Below, piece by piece: positions 26,123 to 35,274 of a stretch of DNA of 38,972 nt. A program made the position numbers and the translations under genes. Under the pieces are notes generated by a model, which ran no database searches, was not told where the DNA came from, and was given only the letters and a program-made list of their open reading frames with translations. Origin of the DNA: Acutalibacteraceae bacterium (lineage in GTDB: Bacteria; Bacillota; Clostridia; Oscillospirales; Acutalibacteraceae); assembly GCA_045602685.1 (NCBI GenBank), contig JAZSCC010000106.1, forward strand, positions 1 through 38,972. Reading direction: 5' to 3'. Within the stretch, counting starts at the first letter, position 1, and each line of letters begins with the position of its first letter.

Positions 26123-27415
26123 ATGAAAAAACTCTCGAAACTTTTATGTCTCGTTTTAGCAGTTATACTGCTTGCCTCGGTCTTTACCGGCTGTCACGAG
26201 AAAAACGAAATTGCCTTTACTATAGGCGAGTCAAAATTCACCTCGGCTATGTATAGTTGCGTGCTCTACGTTTCTGCCATCACCGCAAGAGACTCTATTG
26301 ACACCTACATCAGTGATAATAAAATCGAGGTTGAGAAGGTCGATTATACGACCTATAAGTTCAACGATGACGGTGACGTAGACCCCAACGGTAAATACAC
26401 ATATAAAAGTTTTGTCAAAGACGAGGCTGTTAAGCTGTTAAAACAGTATGCAACCCTTGACGCTTGGATGAAGCAAAACAATCTTAAGTTAGATGACGAT
26501 ACCATTTTAAACGCTCAAAACGAAGCCTCTTATCAATGGTACTACGGCTGCAGTGTTTACTACTACAGCTACTACGCAAATATGGGATATGACCCGTCCT
26601 CCATTTTCACCCCTGCCGCCACGATTATGGAGAAAAACGGCGTCGCCTACTCAACCTATGAAAAATACTACCTCTATGAAGCCGCTTATGACTTTTACTT
26701 TAAACACATTTACGGTGAAAAGGGCGAAAAAGAGGTTTCCCGAGATGACATTATAAAAGATATGACCGAAAACTATGCGCTTACCGACGCTATTTTATTC
26801 TCTAAAAAGGATTCCTCCAACAATGACCTCTCAGAGACAGAATTAAAAGAATTAAAGGCATTAGCCGATAAATATGCCGAACGTTTGAATAACGGTGAAA
26901 AATTTGCCGATATTTATAAAGAAGAACAAGACCGTCTTGAAAAAGAACAGGACGAGGCAAACAACTACTCAAGCTCTTCTAATTCAAGTACGACATCTTC
27001 TAATGCATCGTCTTCTGTCACGTCGTCAACCGAATCTTCATCAACCTCAACTTCGTCCGCAACCACATCTTCCGGTGAAGAAAGCTACACACCGGAAGAA
27101 TATGTCAATCTTTACGGTTCAGATAAAACCTCTTATGAGCACGTAATGTTTGCCGAAATCTTAAAGCAAACCGTAGGCAAGGCTGTGGTTTTGGAGGATA
27201 CTGAAAATTCGCAATATATGCTTATCGTTCGTCGCGATATGACTGACGAAGCCTATGATGACTACTGGTTTGATATGCTTCGTGACACTGTAACCTATAG
27301 TTTAAAGTCGGACGAATACGACGCTTCGCTTAATGAATTTGCAAACTCTTTAAGTCTTAAAGAGGATACCCACGCAACAAAGCCGTTTACGGTTGACAAA
27401 GTCAAGTTTGAGTAA
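26123..27415 (+). CDS. PrsA-like lipoprotein with a degenerate parvulin-like domain and a Ser/Thr-rich insert
   Basis: The signal peptide has the lipobox LASVFTG-C. It occupies the position downstream of mfd that prsA-like foldase genes often hold in Firmicutes. The segment AERLNNGEKFADIYKEE resembles the PrsA parvulin helix (KKLKKGEKFEDLAKEY). An S/T tract is encoded at 26969-27073. Confidence 0.6.
   Translation: MKKLSKLLCLVLAVILLASVFTGCHEKNEIAFTIGESKFTSAMYSCVLYVSAITARDSIDTYISDNKIEVEKVDYTTYKFNDDGDVDPNGKYTYKSFVKDEAVKLLKQYATLDAWMKQNNLKLDDDTILNAQNEASYQWYYGCSVYYYSYYANMGYDPSSIFTPAATIMEKNGVAYSTYEKYYLYEAAYDFYFKHIYGEKGEKEVSRDDIIKDMTENYALTDAILFSKKDSSNNDLSETELKELKALADKYAERLNNGEKFADIYKEEQDRLEKEQDEANNYSSSSNSSTTSSNASSSVTSSTESSSTSTSSATTSSGEESYTPEEYVNLYGSDKTSYEHVMFAEILKQTVGKAVVLEDTENSQYMLIVRRDMTDEAYDDYWFDMLRDTVTYSLKSDEYDASLNEFANSLSLKEDTHATKPFTVDKVKFE
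26969..27073 (+). repeat. Ser/Thr-rich low-complexity coding tract inside the PrsA-like lipoprotein
   Basis: It encodes SSSSNSSTTSSNASSSVTSSTESSSTSTSSATTSS. The nucleotide sequence is made of degenerate TCN/ACN codon runs. Confidence 0.9.
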
Positions 27416-27449
27416 TCTGAGTAAAATATATTAATTCCGACATAATTAT

Positions 27450-27484
27450 GCCTGCCGTGAAAAACACTTACGGCAGGCTTTTTA
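27450..27484 (+). terminator. Rho-independent terminator
   Basis: GCCTGCCGT (27450-27458) and ACGGCAGGC (27470-27478), followed by TTTTT. Confidence 0.85.
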
Positions 27485-27508
27485 ACAATAAATTTAAAGG
27501 AGAAAAAT

Positions 27509-28783
27509 ATGTCTTTTACAGCCAATCAAGACGGTATATCGTATTCATTTATTACTACATCCCGTTTTAAAACAACCTTGATTTCGGTAGGTTTTTACCT
27601 GCCTCTTGGCAGCGACGCCGCTGCCAACGCTCTTGCTTTAAGACTTATGAAAAGCGGCACTAAAGACCTCCCCGACACTTATTCATTTAACCGCCGCTTA
27701 GCCTCACTTTACGGCGCAAAGGTTACATCCTGGGTTGCAAAGCACGGCGACTATCAGGAATTACGACTTGGAATCACCGTAAATGACGATAAGTATTCTT
27801 TAAACGGTGAACCAACAGTAAAATCGGCCGGAGACCTTATTTGCGATATGATTTTCAGCAGATTTTCATCAAACAACGGTTATCCTGCAGATGCCATCAC
27901 CCGTGAGAAACGTTTGCAAATTGAATCTATTTCCGGCAAACTAAACGACAAACGAATCTATGCACGTAACCGCTTAGAAGAAATTATGTGCAAAAACGAA
28001 CCCTTTGGACTTCAGCCCGAGGGCAGTATTGAGGAGACCTCATCCTTAACCTCTGAGGATATAACACTTGCTTTAAAAAGGCTTATTAATACCGCATTTA
28101 TTTCTGTGCAGGTAATCGGCGAAAAGGAGCCGGAAGGCTTTAAGGAGCGACTTTTTTCTGCCTTGAATAATGCAGAACGCAACTATTCCGAACTTCCTGC
28201 TGATACTGTTTTGCACTCCGGCAAGCTTAAACGAGTAACCGAAAAAATGCCTGTTAACCAAGGTAAGCTTGTTTTGGGGTTGCGCTCAGCCACTGCCGGT
28301 AGTGACCGTGAGACTATAGCCGCTTGGGTTATGGGGGATGTTTTCGGTGGCGGTCCGTACTCAAAACTTTTCTGCAACGTGCGTGAAAAAATGAGCCTTT
28401 GTTATTACTGTTCGGCAAGGTCTGTCAGAAAAAAAGGCTTAATTATTGTGGACAGCGGCGTTGAAGATGCCAATATCGAATCTGCCGAAACAGCAATTTT
28501 AACACAATTAGAGGCTATTAAACAGGGCAATATTACCGAAAAGGAACTTAACTCCTCCAAGCTTTCGATGTGTGATTCAATCAATTCAATTGAATCCGAC
28601 CAGAATTCACTGATGCACTGGTATGCTGCTCGTGCATTGGAAACCTCAGCCGCAACTCCGTTTGAAATATCAGAGCTTATTAAAAAGGTTTCTGTCGATG
28701 ATATAAAAAAAGCAGCTGAGAACTTTTCGCTCGATACGGTTTATGTGCTTAAACCCGACGGCACAGCAAAGGAGGAAGAATAA
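27509..28783 (+). CDS. M16-family (pitrilysin/insulinase-like) protein, non-catalytic subunit
   Basis: At 424 aa it has the same size and layout as the downstream M16 gene, but LALRLMKSG sits where the HxxEH zinc motif should be. It is coupled to the next gene by TAATG at 28783. Confidence 0.75.
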   Translation: MSFTANQDGISYSFITTSRFKTTLISVGFYLPLGSDAAANALALRLMKSGTKDLPDTYSFNRRLASLYGAKVTSWVAKHGDYQELRLGITVNDDKYSLNGEPTVKSAGDLICDMIFSRFSSNNGYPADAITREKRLQIESISGKLNDKRIYARNRLEEIMCKNEPFGLQPEGSIEETSSLTSEDITLALKRLINTAFISVQVIGEKEPEGFKERLFSALNNAERNYSELPADTVLHSGKLKRVTEKMPVNQGKLVLGLRSATAGSDRETIAAWVMGDVFGGGPYSKLFCNVREKMSLCYYCSARSVRKKGLIIVDSGVEDANIESAETAILTQLEAIKQGNITEKELNSSKLSMCDSINSIESDQNSLMHWYAARALETSAATPFEISELIKKVSVDDIKKAAENFSLDTVYVLKPDGTAKEEE

Positions 28784-30054
28784 TGAGCTTTACCGTTGAA
28801 AAATTTATATGTGCGTCTGCCGACGAATCCTGTATTAAAGCTGTTCATTCATCCGGCCTTCAGATTTATATTTCCGAAAAACCGGATTTTAATATTAACT
28901 ACGCCGTTTTCGGAACACATTACGGTTCGGTTGATACCGAGTTTTCATTAGGTGACGAGCCGATGCAAACCGTACCTGAAGGAATTGCACATTTTTTAGA
29001 GCACAAGCTTTTTGAAGGGGAAGATGGGGACGCGTTTGAGAAATATGCTGTAACCGGTGCTTCAGCTAATGCATATACCTCATTTGACCGCACCTGCTAC
29101 CTGTTCAGTTGCTCCGGAAAGTTTTACGAAAATCTTGATATCCTTTTAAGTTTTGTTTCTTCACCCTACTTCACGCCCGAAACCGTAAAAAAGGAGCAGG
29201 GCATCATCGGTCAGGAAATCAGAATGTATGAAGACGTGCCCGAATGGCGCGTGCTTTTTAACCTGCTTCGCATTATGTATCACAACCACCCTGTAAAAGT
29301 GGAAATTGCCGGCACGGTAGAGTCGATTGCCGAAATCACCGACAAAACCCTTTATAACTGCTATCGCACCTTTTACAACCCCTCTAATATGTTTTTGTGC
29401 CTTTGCGGAAATTTTGACACCGATAAAGTATTGGAGATTGTTGAACAAAAAATTTCTTCGGTTTCAATACCCGAAATCAACCGTTCAGAGTTTGATAAGC
29501 CCGACACATTGGTCAACACATACTGTGAACAAAAAATGCCGGTTGCTCTACCGCTGTTTGTAATGGGAATCAAAGACAACCGTCTTAAACTTAATCGTTC
29601 TCTTAAAGACATTGTCTCAGTGGAGTTGCTTCTTGAAGTTGTTGCCGGCAAGCTTTCCCCTCTTTACAACCAACTTTTAAACGTCGGTCTTATCAACAAC
29701 AAATTCGGCACCGAGTTTTTCTACGGTCACGGATATTCCGCTCTTTTGTTTGACGGAGAATCAAAAGACCCCAACGCCGTAAAGCAAGCTATATTAGCGG
29801 AAATTCAACGTGTTGCCAGAAACGGTGTTGATGCATCGTTGTTTGAGGATGCGCGCCGACAGGCTTACGGAGAAGAAATTCGTGGATTTAATGACACTGA
29901 GGAAACGGTTGACGGCTTTATAAACTGTGCAATGAACGGCTTTAGCCCTTACGAAATGCTTGAAGTTTTAAAGTCTATTACTGCCGATGATATTACTGCC
30001 CGTGCCAGAGAGCTTGACCTTTCTCTTGCGGCCTTATCGGTAATACAATCTTAA
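28783..30054 (+). CDS. M16-family zinc metallopeptidase, catalytic subunit
   Basis: The inverted zinc motif HxxEH is present in GIAHFLEHKLFEG. 423 aa. Confidence 0.85.
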   Translation: MSFTVEKFICASADESCIKAVHSSGLQIYISEKPDFNINYAVFGTHYGSVDTEFSLGDEPMQTVPEGIAHFLEHKLFEGEDGDAFEKYAVTGASANAYTSFDRTCYLFSCSGKFYENLDILLSFVSSPYFTPETVKKEQGIIGQEIRMYEDVPEWRVLFNLLRIMYHNHPVKVEIAGTVESIAEITDKTLYNCYRTFYNPSNMFLCLCGNFDTDKVLEIVEQKISSVSIPEINRSEFDKPDTLVNTYCEQKMPVALPLFVMGIKDNRLKLNRSLKDIVSVELLLEVVAGKLSPLYNQLLNVGLINNKFGTEFFYGHGYSALLFDGESKDPNAVKQAILAEIQRVARNGVDASLFEDARRQAYGEEIRGFNDTEETVDGFINCAMNGFSPYEMLEVLKSITADDITARARELDLSLAALSVIQS

Positions 30055-30083
30055 TAAAATATAAACTTTTTCAAAAATTTTAA

Positions 30084-30113
30084 AAATACCCCTTTTCTAA
30101 AAGGGGTATTTAG
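30084..30113 (+). terminator. Probable rho-independent terminator
   Basis: Inverted repeat AAATACCCCTTTT (30084-30096) and AAAAGGGGTATTT (30099-30111). The T tail is short. Confidence 0.6.
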
Positions 30114-30143
30114 TATATAATAATATAAGTGTAATTCCCAAAG

Positions 30144-31178
30144 ATGAAAGGAAGATTTTTCGTGCCGAATTTAAGCGTTTATAATGTCACTATTTTTGGC
30201 TTGGATTTAAGTTTTGATTCAGTTGCCTTTACATTGCCTATCGGCAACGGTTGGAATATATACTGGTACGGTATTTGTATCGCATTGGCGTTTTTGGTTG
30301 CTGTGGTTTATGGTTTTTCAAATGCCAAAAGATTTGACATTGACCCTGACCGCCTGACCGACGTTGTGTTGGTTACCACACCAATGGCAATTCTCTTTGC
30401 CCGTATTTATTACATAATTTTTGACCCCGACCCCAAAGCAAAAATTGACTCGATTTCCGATTTCTTTGGGTTCTCAAGCGATTCGGGTGTTGCCGGACTT
30501 GCAATTTACGGAGCAGTCATCGGTGCTGCCGTTGTCGGCTTTTTAATGTGTAAGCTTCGCAAGGTTAACTTTCTTGACGCTTTTGACCTTGCCGCAATCT
30601 GCTTCTTACCGGCGCAAGCCATAGGCCGCTGGGGCAACTTTTTTAACCAGGAGGCATTCGGCTCTTTGACCGGCAGTTCCTGGTGGGGAATGACCAGCCA
30701 AAGCACCGTATCCGAGGTCGGCACCGGTTTGGTACATCCCTGCTTTTTATACGAATCTGTCTGGTGTATTATAGGTTTTGTTTTACTGCATATTTTAAGC
30801 AAGAAACGCAAATTCAAAGGCCAGCTGGCCCTTACATACGGCGTATGGTACGGCTTCGGCAGAATGATTATCGAAGGTTGGCGCACCGACAGTCTTTACT
30901 TAGGCCCATTAAAGGTTTCGCAATGGCTTTCCGGCGCTCTCGTTTTAGCCTGCGGCATTGTTTTAATTATTATGTTCATAAAGCTTAAGAACGACAAACA
31001 GGCCTTGACCTACGAATCTCTCTTCGACGATATTGATGACACTACCGTAAAAACGGTTTACTATGAAGGCGACGAAGAAACTGAGGCTGTAAATTTAAAT
31101 ACAATTAAAGATGACGCCAAAGCTATTGAAACCGAAGTAGCCGAAAGTGAAAACACAGAGAAAAAAGAGGAAGAATAA
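30144..31178 (+). CDS. lgt: Prolipoprotein diacylglyceryl transferase
   Basis: Signature GRWGNFFNQEAFG within a multi-pass membrane protein. An alternative GTG start at 30165 has AAAGGAAG 7 nt upstream. There is a long acidic C-terminal tail. Confidence 0.9.
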   Translation: MKGRFFVPNLSVYNVTIFGLDLSFDSVAFTLPIGNGWNIYWYGICIALAFLVAVVYGFSNAKRFDIDPDRLTDVVLVTTPMAILFARIYYIIFDPDPKAKIDSISDFFGFSSDSGVAGLAIYGAVIGAAVVGFLMCKLRKVNFLDAFDLAAICFLPAQAIGRWGNFFNQEAFGSLTGSSWWGMTSQSTVSEVGTGLVHPCFLYESVWCIIGFVLLHILSKKRKFKGQLALTYGVWYGFGRMIIEGWRTDSLYLGPLKVSQWLSGALVLACGIVLIIMFIKLKNDKQALTYESLFDDIDDTTVKTVYYEGDEETEAVNLNTIKDDAKAIETEVAESENTEKKEEE

Positions 31179-32044
31179 TGGCCAAAATAATAAGTGGAAA
31201 AGTTATTTCTGCCGCAGTTAAACAAAGAATTGCAGCAGAGGTTGAGGTTCTGAAACAACAAGGTACTACCCCCGGGCTTGCTGTCATTATTGTTGGAAAT
31301 GACCCTGCATCTCAAGTTTATGTAGGCTCTAAAGAACGCACCTGCATTGAACTCGGTATGTATTCCGAAAAATATGAGCTGCCCGAAGACACCACCAACC
31401 AAGAACTTTTGGCATTGGTAGAGCGTTTGAATAATGACGACAAAATTCACGGTATACTCTGTCAGTTACCGTTGCCCAAGCACCTTGACGAAAAGGCGGT
31501 AATTGACGCTGTTTGTCCCGAAAAGGACGTTGATGCCTTTCATATACAAAACGTTGGGAAAATTATGGTAGGTAATTATGATTTTCTGCCCTGCACCCCT
31601 GCGGGAATTATGGAAATGCTTCGCTATTCTGATATTGACACTGCGGGCAAGCACTGTGTGGTTATCGGCCGTAGCAACATTGTCGGAAAACCGATGGCTA
31701 TGCTTATGTTACACGCCGATGCCACCGTCACTATCTGCCATTCAAGAACAAAAAATCTCAAAGAAATTTGTAAAACGGCCGATATTTTGGTTGCCTCGGT
31801 TGGCAGACCGAAATTTGTCACTGCCGATATGGTAAAGCCGGGTGCCGTAGTTATTGATGTCGGTATTAACCGCGATGAAAACGGCAAGCTTTGCGGCGAT
31901 GTTGATTACGAAAATGTTGAGCCATTATGCTCAGCTATAACTCCGGTACCGGGCGGTGTGGGTCCTATGACCATAGCAATGCTTATGCAAAACACCTTGA
32001 CATCAGCCAAGCGCTACAAAAACAAGCCTTTACAGCCGAAATGA
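31178..32044 (+). CDS. folD: Bifunctional 5,10-methylenetetrahydrofolate dehydrogenase/methenyl-THF cyclohydrolase
   Basis: PGLAVIIVGNDPASQVYVGSKERTC, VVIGRSNIVGKPMAMLL-like segment and PVPGGVGPMTIAML are FolD signatures. The start overlaps the lgt stop (TAATG). Confidence 0.95.
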   Translation: MAKIISGKVISAAVKQRIAAEVEVLKQQGTTPGLAVIIVGNDPASQVYVGSKERTCIELGMYSEKYELPEDTTNQELLALVERLNNDDKIHGILCQLPLPKHLDEKAVIDAVCPEKDVDAFHIQNVGKIMVGNYDFLPCTPAGIMEMLRYSDIDTAGKHCVVIGRSNIVGKPMAMLMLHADATVTICHSRTKNLKEICKTADILVASVGRPKFVTADMVKPGAVVIDVGINRDENGKLCGDVDYENVEPLCSAITPVPGGVGPMTIAMLMQNTLTSAKRYKNKPLQPK

Positions 32045-32069
32045 TTTCAATTAAAAGGAGTGACCGAAA

Positions 32070-32744
32070 ATGAAAAGAATATTTTCCGCTATACTTTCCG
32101 TAATTATATGCGCTTTTACGGTTTCGTTGGCATCTGCTTCGGTCGCCGAGAAAGAAATAAACGGTATAAGATTTTGCATAAATTCGAATTTTGAGGTTAT
32201 GACTGCCGAAAATCTGACCGAGTCTAGCACTGTTGAAGGCCTGATTTTTGCCGCAATCTCAACCGACCGCTTGCATCAAATTCAATGTCGACGTACCGTA
32301 ACCGACTTTTCTTCGGGAATAAAGTCCTTTAAGACTCTTTCTCCGGAAAATATTGCCCCAATTGGTGAAAAACTCTTCCCCGACGGTTACGAAACTGCCG
32401 AATTCGGTCAGGATATTTACTTAAAGCAACGTAAAGTAACCGACGGCAATTATGAAATATTGTACGTTACCGTTTCCGGCGGCAAACTTTACACCTTTAC
32501 CTATTTCGGCTCTGACCCGACAAAAATCGGTGAATTTATGGGTTCGGTTTCCTTGCCCAAGGAAGAAACCGAGAATAATGTTAATATATTAATGATTATT
32601 ATTTTATCATTAAGCATCGCGGCGTTTTTGGTTTTGTTCGTATTGCTTATGCTGTCCTTTATTAAGGATTACCGCCATCGCAAGATGGAACAAAGTGAAA
32701 ACATTGTGAGCAATTATATTAAAATTAAACGAAGAAAGTATTAA
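32070..32744 (+). CDS. Hypothetical exported, C-terminally anchored protein
   Basis: 224 aa. It has an N-terminal signal-like helix (IFSAILSVIICAFTVSLASASVA), a C-terminal TM helix (ILMIIILSLSIAAFLVLFVLLML) and a basic tail. A good AAGGAG RBS is present. I recognised no family. Confidence 0.55.
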   Translation: MKRIFSAILSVIICAFTVSLASASVAEKEINGIRFCINSNFEVMTAENLTESSTVEGLIFAAISTDRLHQIQCRRTVTDFSSGIKSFKTLSPENIAPIGEKLFPDGYETAEFGQDIYLKQRKVTDGNYEILYVTVSGGKLYTFTYFGSDPTKIGEFMGSVSLPKEETENNVNILMIIILSLSIAAFLVLFVLLMLSFIKDYRHRKMEQSENIVSNYIKIKRRKY

Positions 32745-32770
32745 AATTTTAATTTTCCTTTTTAACATTT

Positions 32771-32799
32771 AAAACCTCCGAAGAATTCGGAGGTTTTTT
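32771..32799. terminator. Bidirectional rho-independent terminator between convergent genes
   Basis: AAAACCTCCGAA (32771-32782) and TTCGGAGGTTTT (32786-32797). The hairpin has an A-run before it and a T-run after it, so it could work on both strands. Confidence 0.85.
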
Positions 32800-35109
32800 C
32801 TATACAGCCTTTCCAATTACTGCCGCAAATACTGTTATGTCATCATCATGACCGTCACGTCGACGTCGGCGGGCGGCGGTTGCAATGCGGTCTGACAGTT
32901 GTTTTGCTGTGCCATCCCGGAAAGCCTCAACCTCGGCGCATATCCAATCGGACCCTTCCGAGCATACTCCGTCAGACATCATTAAAAGTATATCGTCCTC
33001 TTTCAGTGTGACAACCGCTTTATCAAACCCGACCTCATGCAAAATTCCTGCCGGGAGCGATTTGCACTCTGCTCTTCCGGTGTGACCGTTTCGACGCACA
33101 ATTGTCGGTGCCGCACCGGCTTTAAACATTTCGGTCTTGCCGTTATAAAGGTCAACCGCTGTAATATCAAGCGTTGCCAATGACTCATCGGTAGATTTAT
33201 AAAGCATTGCCGAATTAACAAGCCTTAAGGTACAGTCATAACCAAATCCCGCCTTTAAAAGCCGCTCGGTCAATCCCGCTGTCATAGCACTGTCCACTGC
33301 CGCGCGTCCGCCACTTCCCATTCCATCACTGACAATAACCACCAATCTGCCGCGACCATCAAAAAAATAACGACAGGTGTCACCACAATGCTGGTTCTTG
33401 CCCTGATTAAACTGCGTCAACCCGCAATCAACCGAAAAAATTGCCTTTTCAGTAACGGTAATATAACAACCTCGTCCACATCGGTTAACCTCGGGCGGCT
33501 CAAAATCCCGCTCACATATTTCCTCAATACGTTGCAGTATTTTCAGGCGGTTAATCGGTAATTCAGGTGCTGTTAAAAGCCTGATTTCAACCGTTAAGCG
33601 CCCATATTTATCGACTATACAACAGCATTCATCTGCTATTAACCCCAACTCCTTCAACGAAGCCGAAACACGACCGGCTAACTGGATATCATAATCCATG
33701 GCGGTACGGAATTCTTCCGACAGCTCGGTTAACATACCGGCAATACCCTCCATCTGATCAGAGACTACGCCCCGCATCTCACCTATTCGCTTTTCAGCCG
33801 AAATCATACTTAAGAAATCGGTATAATGACGGGTTAAGGAGTCCTCAAAACGTTCTAATCTTAAACACCGTTCGGTGAATTCATCGGGTGCCTCAGCAAG
33901 ATTTATCGGGTGGCCTTTGCGCACGGCATCACTCATTGCCAAGGCCGCATCTACTGTTTTGTTCCTTTGCTTTTCCCAACAGTAAACATGAAAGGAACAG
34001 CCCTTGCAGGCATCGTTTTCAATTTTATGTAAAACATTATTAAAATTAGGTCTTTCACAGACGGTAAGGCATCTCGCCACGTTCTCTACCATTTCGGTAA
34101 CACCCTGCAGAGCCGCAGCAGCAAAGCCCAGACGCATTGTCAATGTTCTTCTTAAGCCCTTTTGGTCAGGTGTTACTGTAGCAGGTGAAACAACTGTCCC
34201 TATCGGTACAGTAACGGTTCTTGGCAACACCAAGAACACAACAGCTGCAGTTGTAACCTCAGCAAGCATAATGAGTGACTTAACGTCAGCCTTGGTCACC
34301 AAAGTCCAACCCAATGGCACTGCAACGGCAGTTACTGCAATAACTATCTTACCGAATCCCGAGAACACTCCGCAAAGTAATGCAACAAAACAAAATCCGA
34401 GAGCTGCCGAAGGTTGACCTTCAGAAATTACCACGGTCGACGCCATAGCAATACCCGACACAGCAGCAATACCAACCCTTGAATAACGTGCGGTTAGCAA
34501 AATACAAAGGAATCCCAAAATATGACCTATTGAAATTCCGTCAATCCTTATAGGAAACAACGAAAGCAATCCGAGACTTACCGATATGAGCAATGAGGCA
34601 GTCTGTTCTACACTGGTTGACGCGCGTGTTTGAAATATATTGCCGGATTTACTTATAAAATAGGCACCCGTTCCGGCAATTAGGCCTTCAGCTACAGCTA
34701 ATATTCCCCCGTCTAAAAACTCCGTTCCCGACGCTGCAATTCCGACACCTGTAATAACCGTAAATGCCGTTATGCCGGACCAAACGGGACTTTTACCGAT
34801 ACCCTTTAATCCCGCTAAAATAAACCGTATAACCGTAATCGCAAGCAACGCCACAGTATACCGAAGAGTAGAGATGTTCTCCAAGGGTAAAAAGCTACCG
34901 AAAGCCGAGCCGAAGGTTGCTGCCAATATGTATTTTAATGGCACTCCTGCCGTCAAGGCAGCACCTAAAGGTGTTACACCGCCTATAAGTCCGGTTCTTG
35001 CCATAAAAAATCCCAAAACAGCAATACCTATATGCTTTAAGACTCCCTCTAACCGTTCTAACGGCTTACTCCACCATTTATCCCCTACAGCTGTAACTTC
35101 CTTAATCAT
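32800..35109 (-). CDS. spoIIE: Stage II sporulation protein E (membrane PP2C serine phosphatase)
   Basis: 769 aa. The N-terminal third is polytopic membrane sequence, followed by a central regulatory region and a C-terminal PP2C domain (VVIVSDGMGSGGRAA, ILLMMSDGV, DDITVFA). Confidence 0.9.
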   Translation of the reverse strand: MIKEVTAVGDKWWSKPLERLEGVLKHIGIAVLGFFMARTGLIGGVTPLGAALTAGVPLKYILAATFGSAFGSFLPLENISTLRYTVALLAITVIRFILAGLKGIGKSPVWSGITAFTVITGVGIAASGTEFLDGGILAVAEGLIAGTGAYFISKSGNIFQTRASTSVEQTASLLISVSLGLLSLFPIRIDGISIGHILGFLCILLTARYSRVGIAAVSGIAMASTVVISEGQPSAALGFCFVALLCGVFSGFGKIVIAVTAVAVPLGWTLVTKADVKSLIMLAEVTTAAVVFLVLPRTVTVPIGTVVSPATVTPDQKGLRRTLTMRLGFAAAALQGVTEMVENVARCLTVCERPNFNNVLHKIENDACKGCSFHVYCWEKQRNKTVDAALAMSDAVRKGHPINLAEAPDEFTERCLRLERFEDSLTRHYTDFLSMISAEKRIGEMRGVVSDQMEGIAGMLTELSEEFRTAMDYDIQLAGRVSASLKELGLIADECCCIVDKYGRLTVEIRLLTAPELPINRLKILQRIEEICERDFEPPEVNRCGRGCYITVTEKAIFSVDCGLTQFNQGKNQHCGDTCRYFFDGRGRLVVIVSDGMGSGGRAAVDSAMTAGLTERLLKAGFGYDCTLRLVNSAMLYKSTDESLATLDITAVDLYNGKTEMFKAGAAPTIVRRNGHTGRAECKSLPAGILHEVGFDKAVVTLKEDDILLMMSDGVCSEGSDWICAEVEAFRDGTAKQLSDRIATAARRRRRDGHDDDITVFAAVIGKAV

Positions 35110-35188
35110 TTTATTACATCCTTTATTTTGTAGGTGATAACAGTATACCTCTTTTGCTTTCGGGAATTATGTCACAGTGAGATAGAAA

Positions 35189-35218
35189 ATTATATATTGT
35201 TTTGAAAATTAATGTCAA
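35189..35218 (-). promoter_or_regulatory. Putative promoter upstream of spoIIE
   Basis: The minus strand has TTGACA (35218-35213), an 18-nt spacer and TATAAT (35194-35189). I could not identify convincing Spo0A boxes. Confidence 0.45.
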
Positions 35219-35261
35219 AAAAATAAACGCCTATGCGAACACCTACGCCGCACAAGCGTTT
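35217..35261 (-). terminator. Rho-independent terminator after the CDF gene
   Basis: The minus strand has AAACGCTTGTGCG, an 11-nt loop and CGCATAGGCGTTT (11 of 13 positions paired), followed by ATTTTTTTT. Confidence 0.7.
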
Positions 35262-35274
35262 AACGTATTTTTTA

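Noticed and set aside
26038-26256. A 72-aa plus-strand ORF upstream of and overlapping the lipoprotein gene
   Set aside because: It starts in the AT-rich intergenic region without an RBS. It runs out of frame into a gene that has a strong RBS and a clear lipoprotein signal peptide.
34004-35137. Plus-strand ORFs (137 aa and 121 aa) antisense to spoIIE
   Set aside because: These are Ala/Thr/Pro-rich translations typical of the reverse frame of a hydrophobic membrane domain. spoIIE on the minus strand is well supported.
35110-35274. Spo0A boxes (TGNCGAA) in the spoIIE upstream region
   Set aside because: I looked for them because spoIIE is Spo0A-activated in Bacillus. I found only weak partial matches (for example TTCGGGA on the plus strand), which are not good enough to call.
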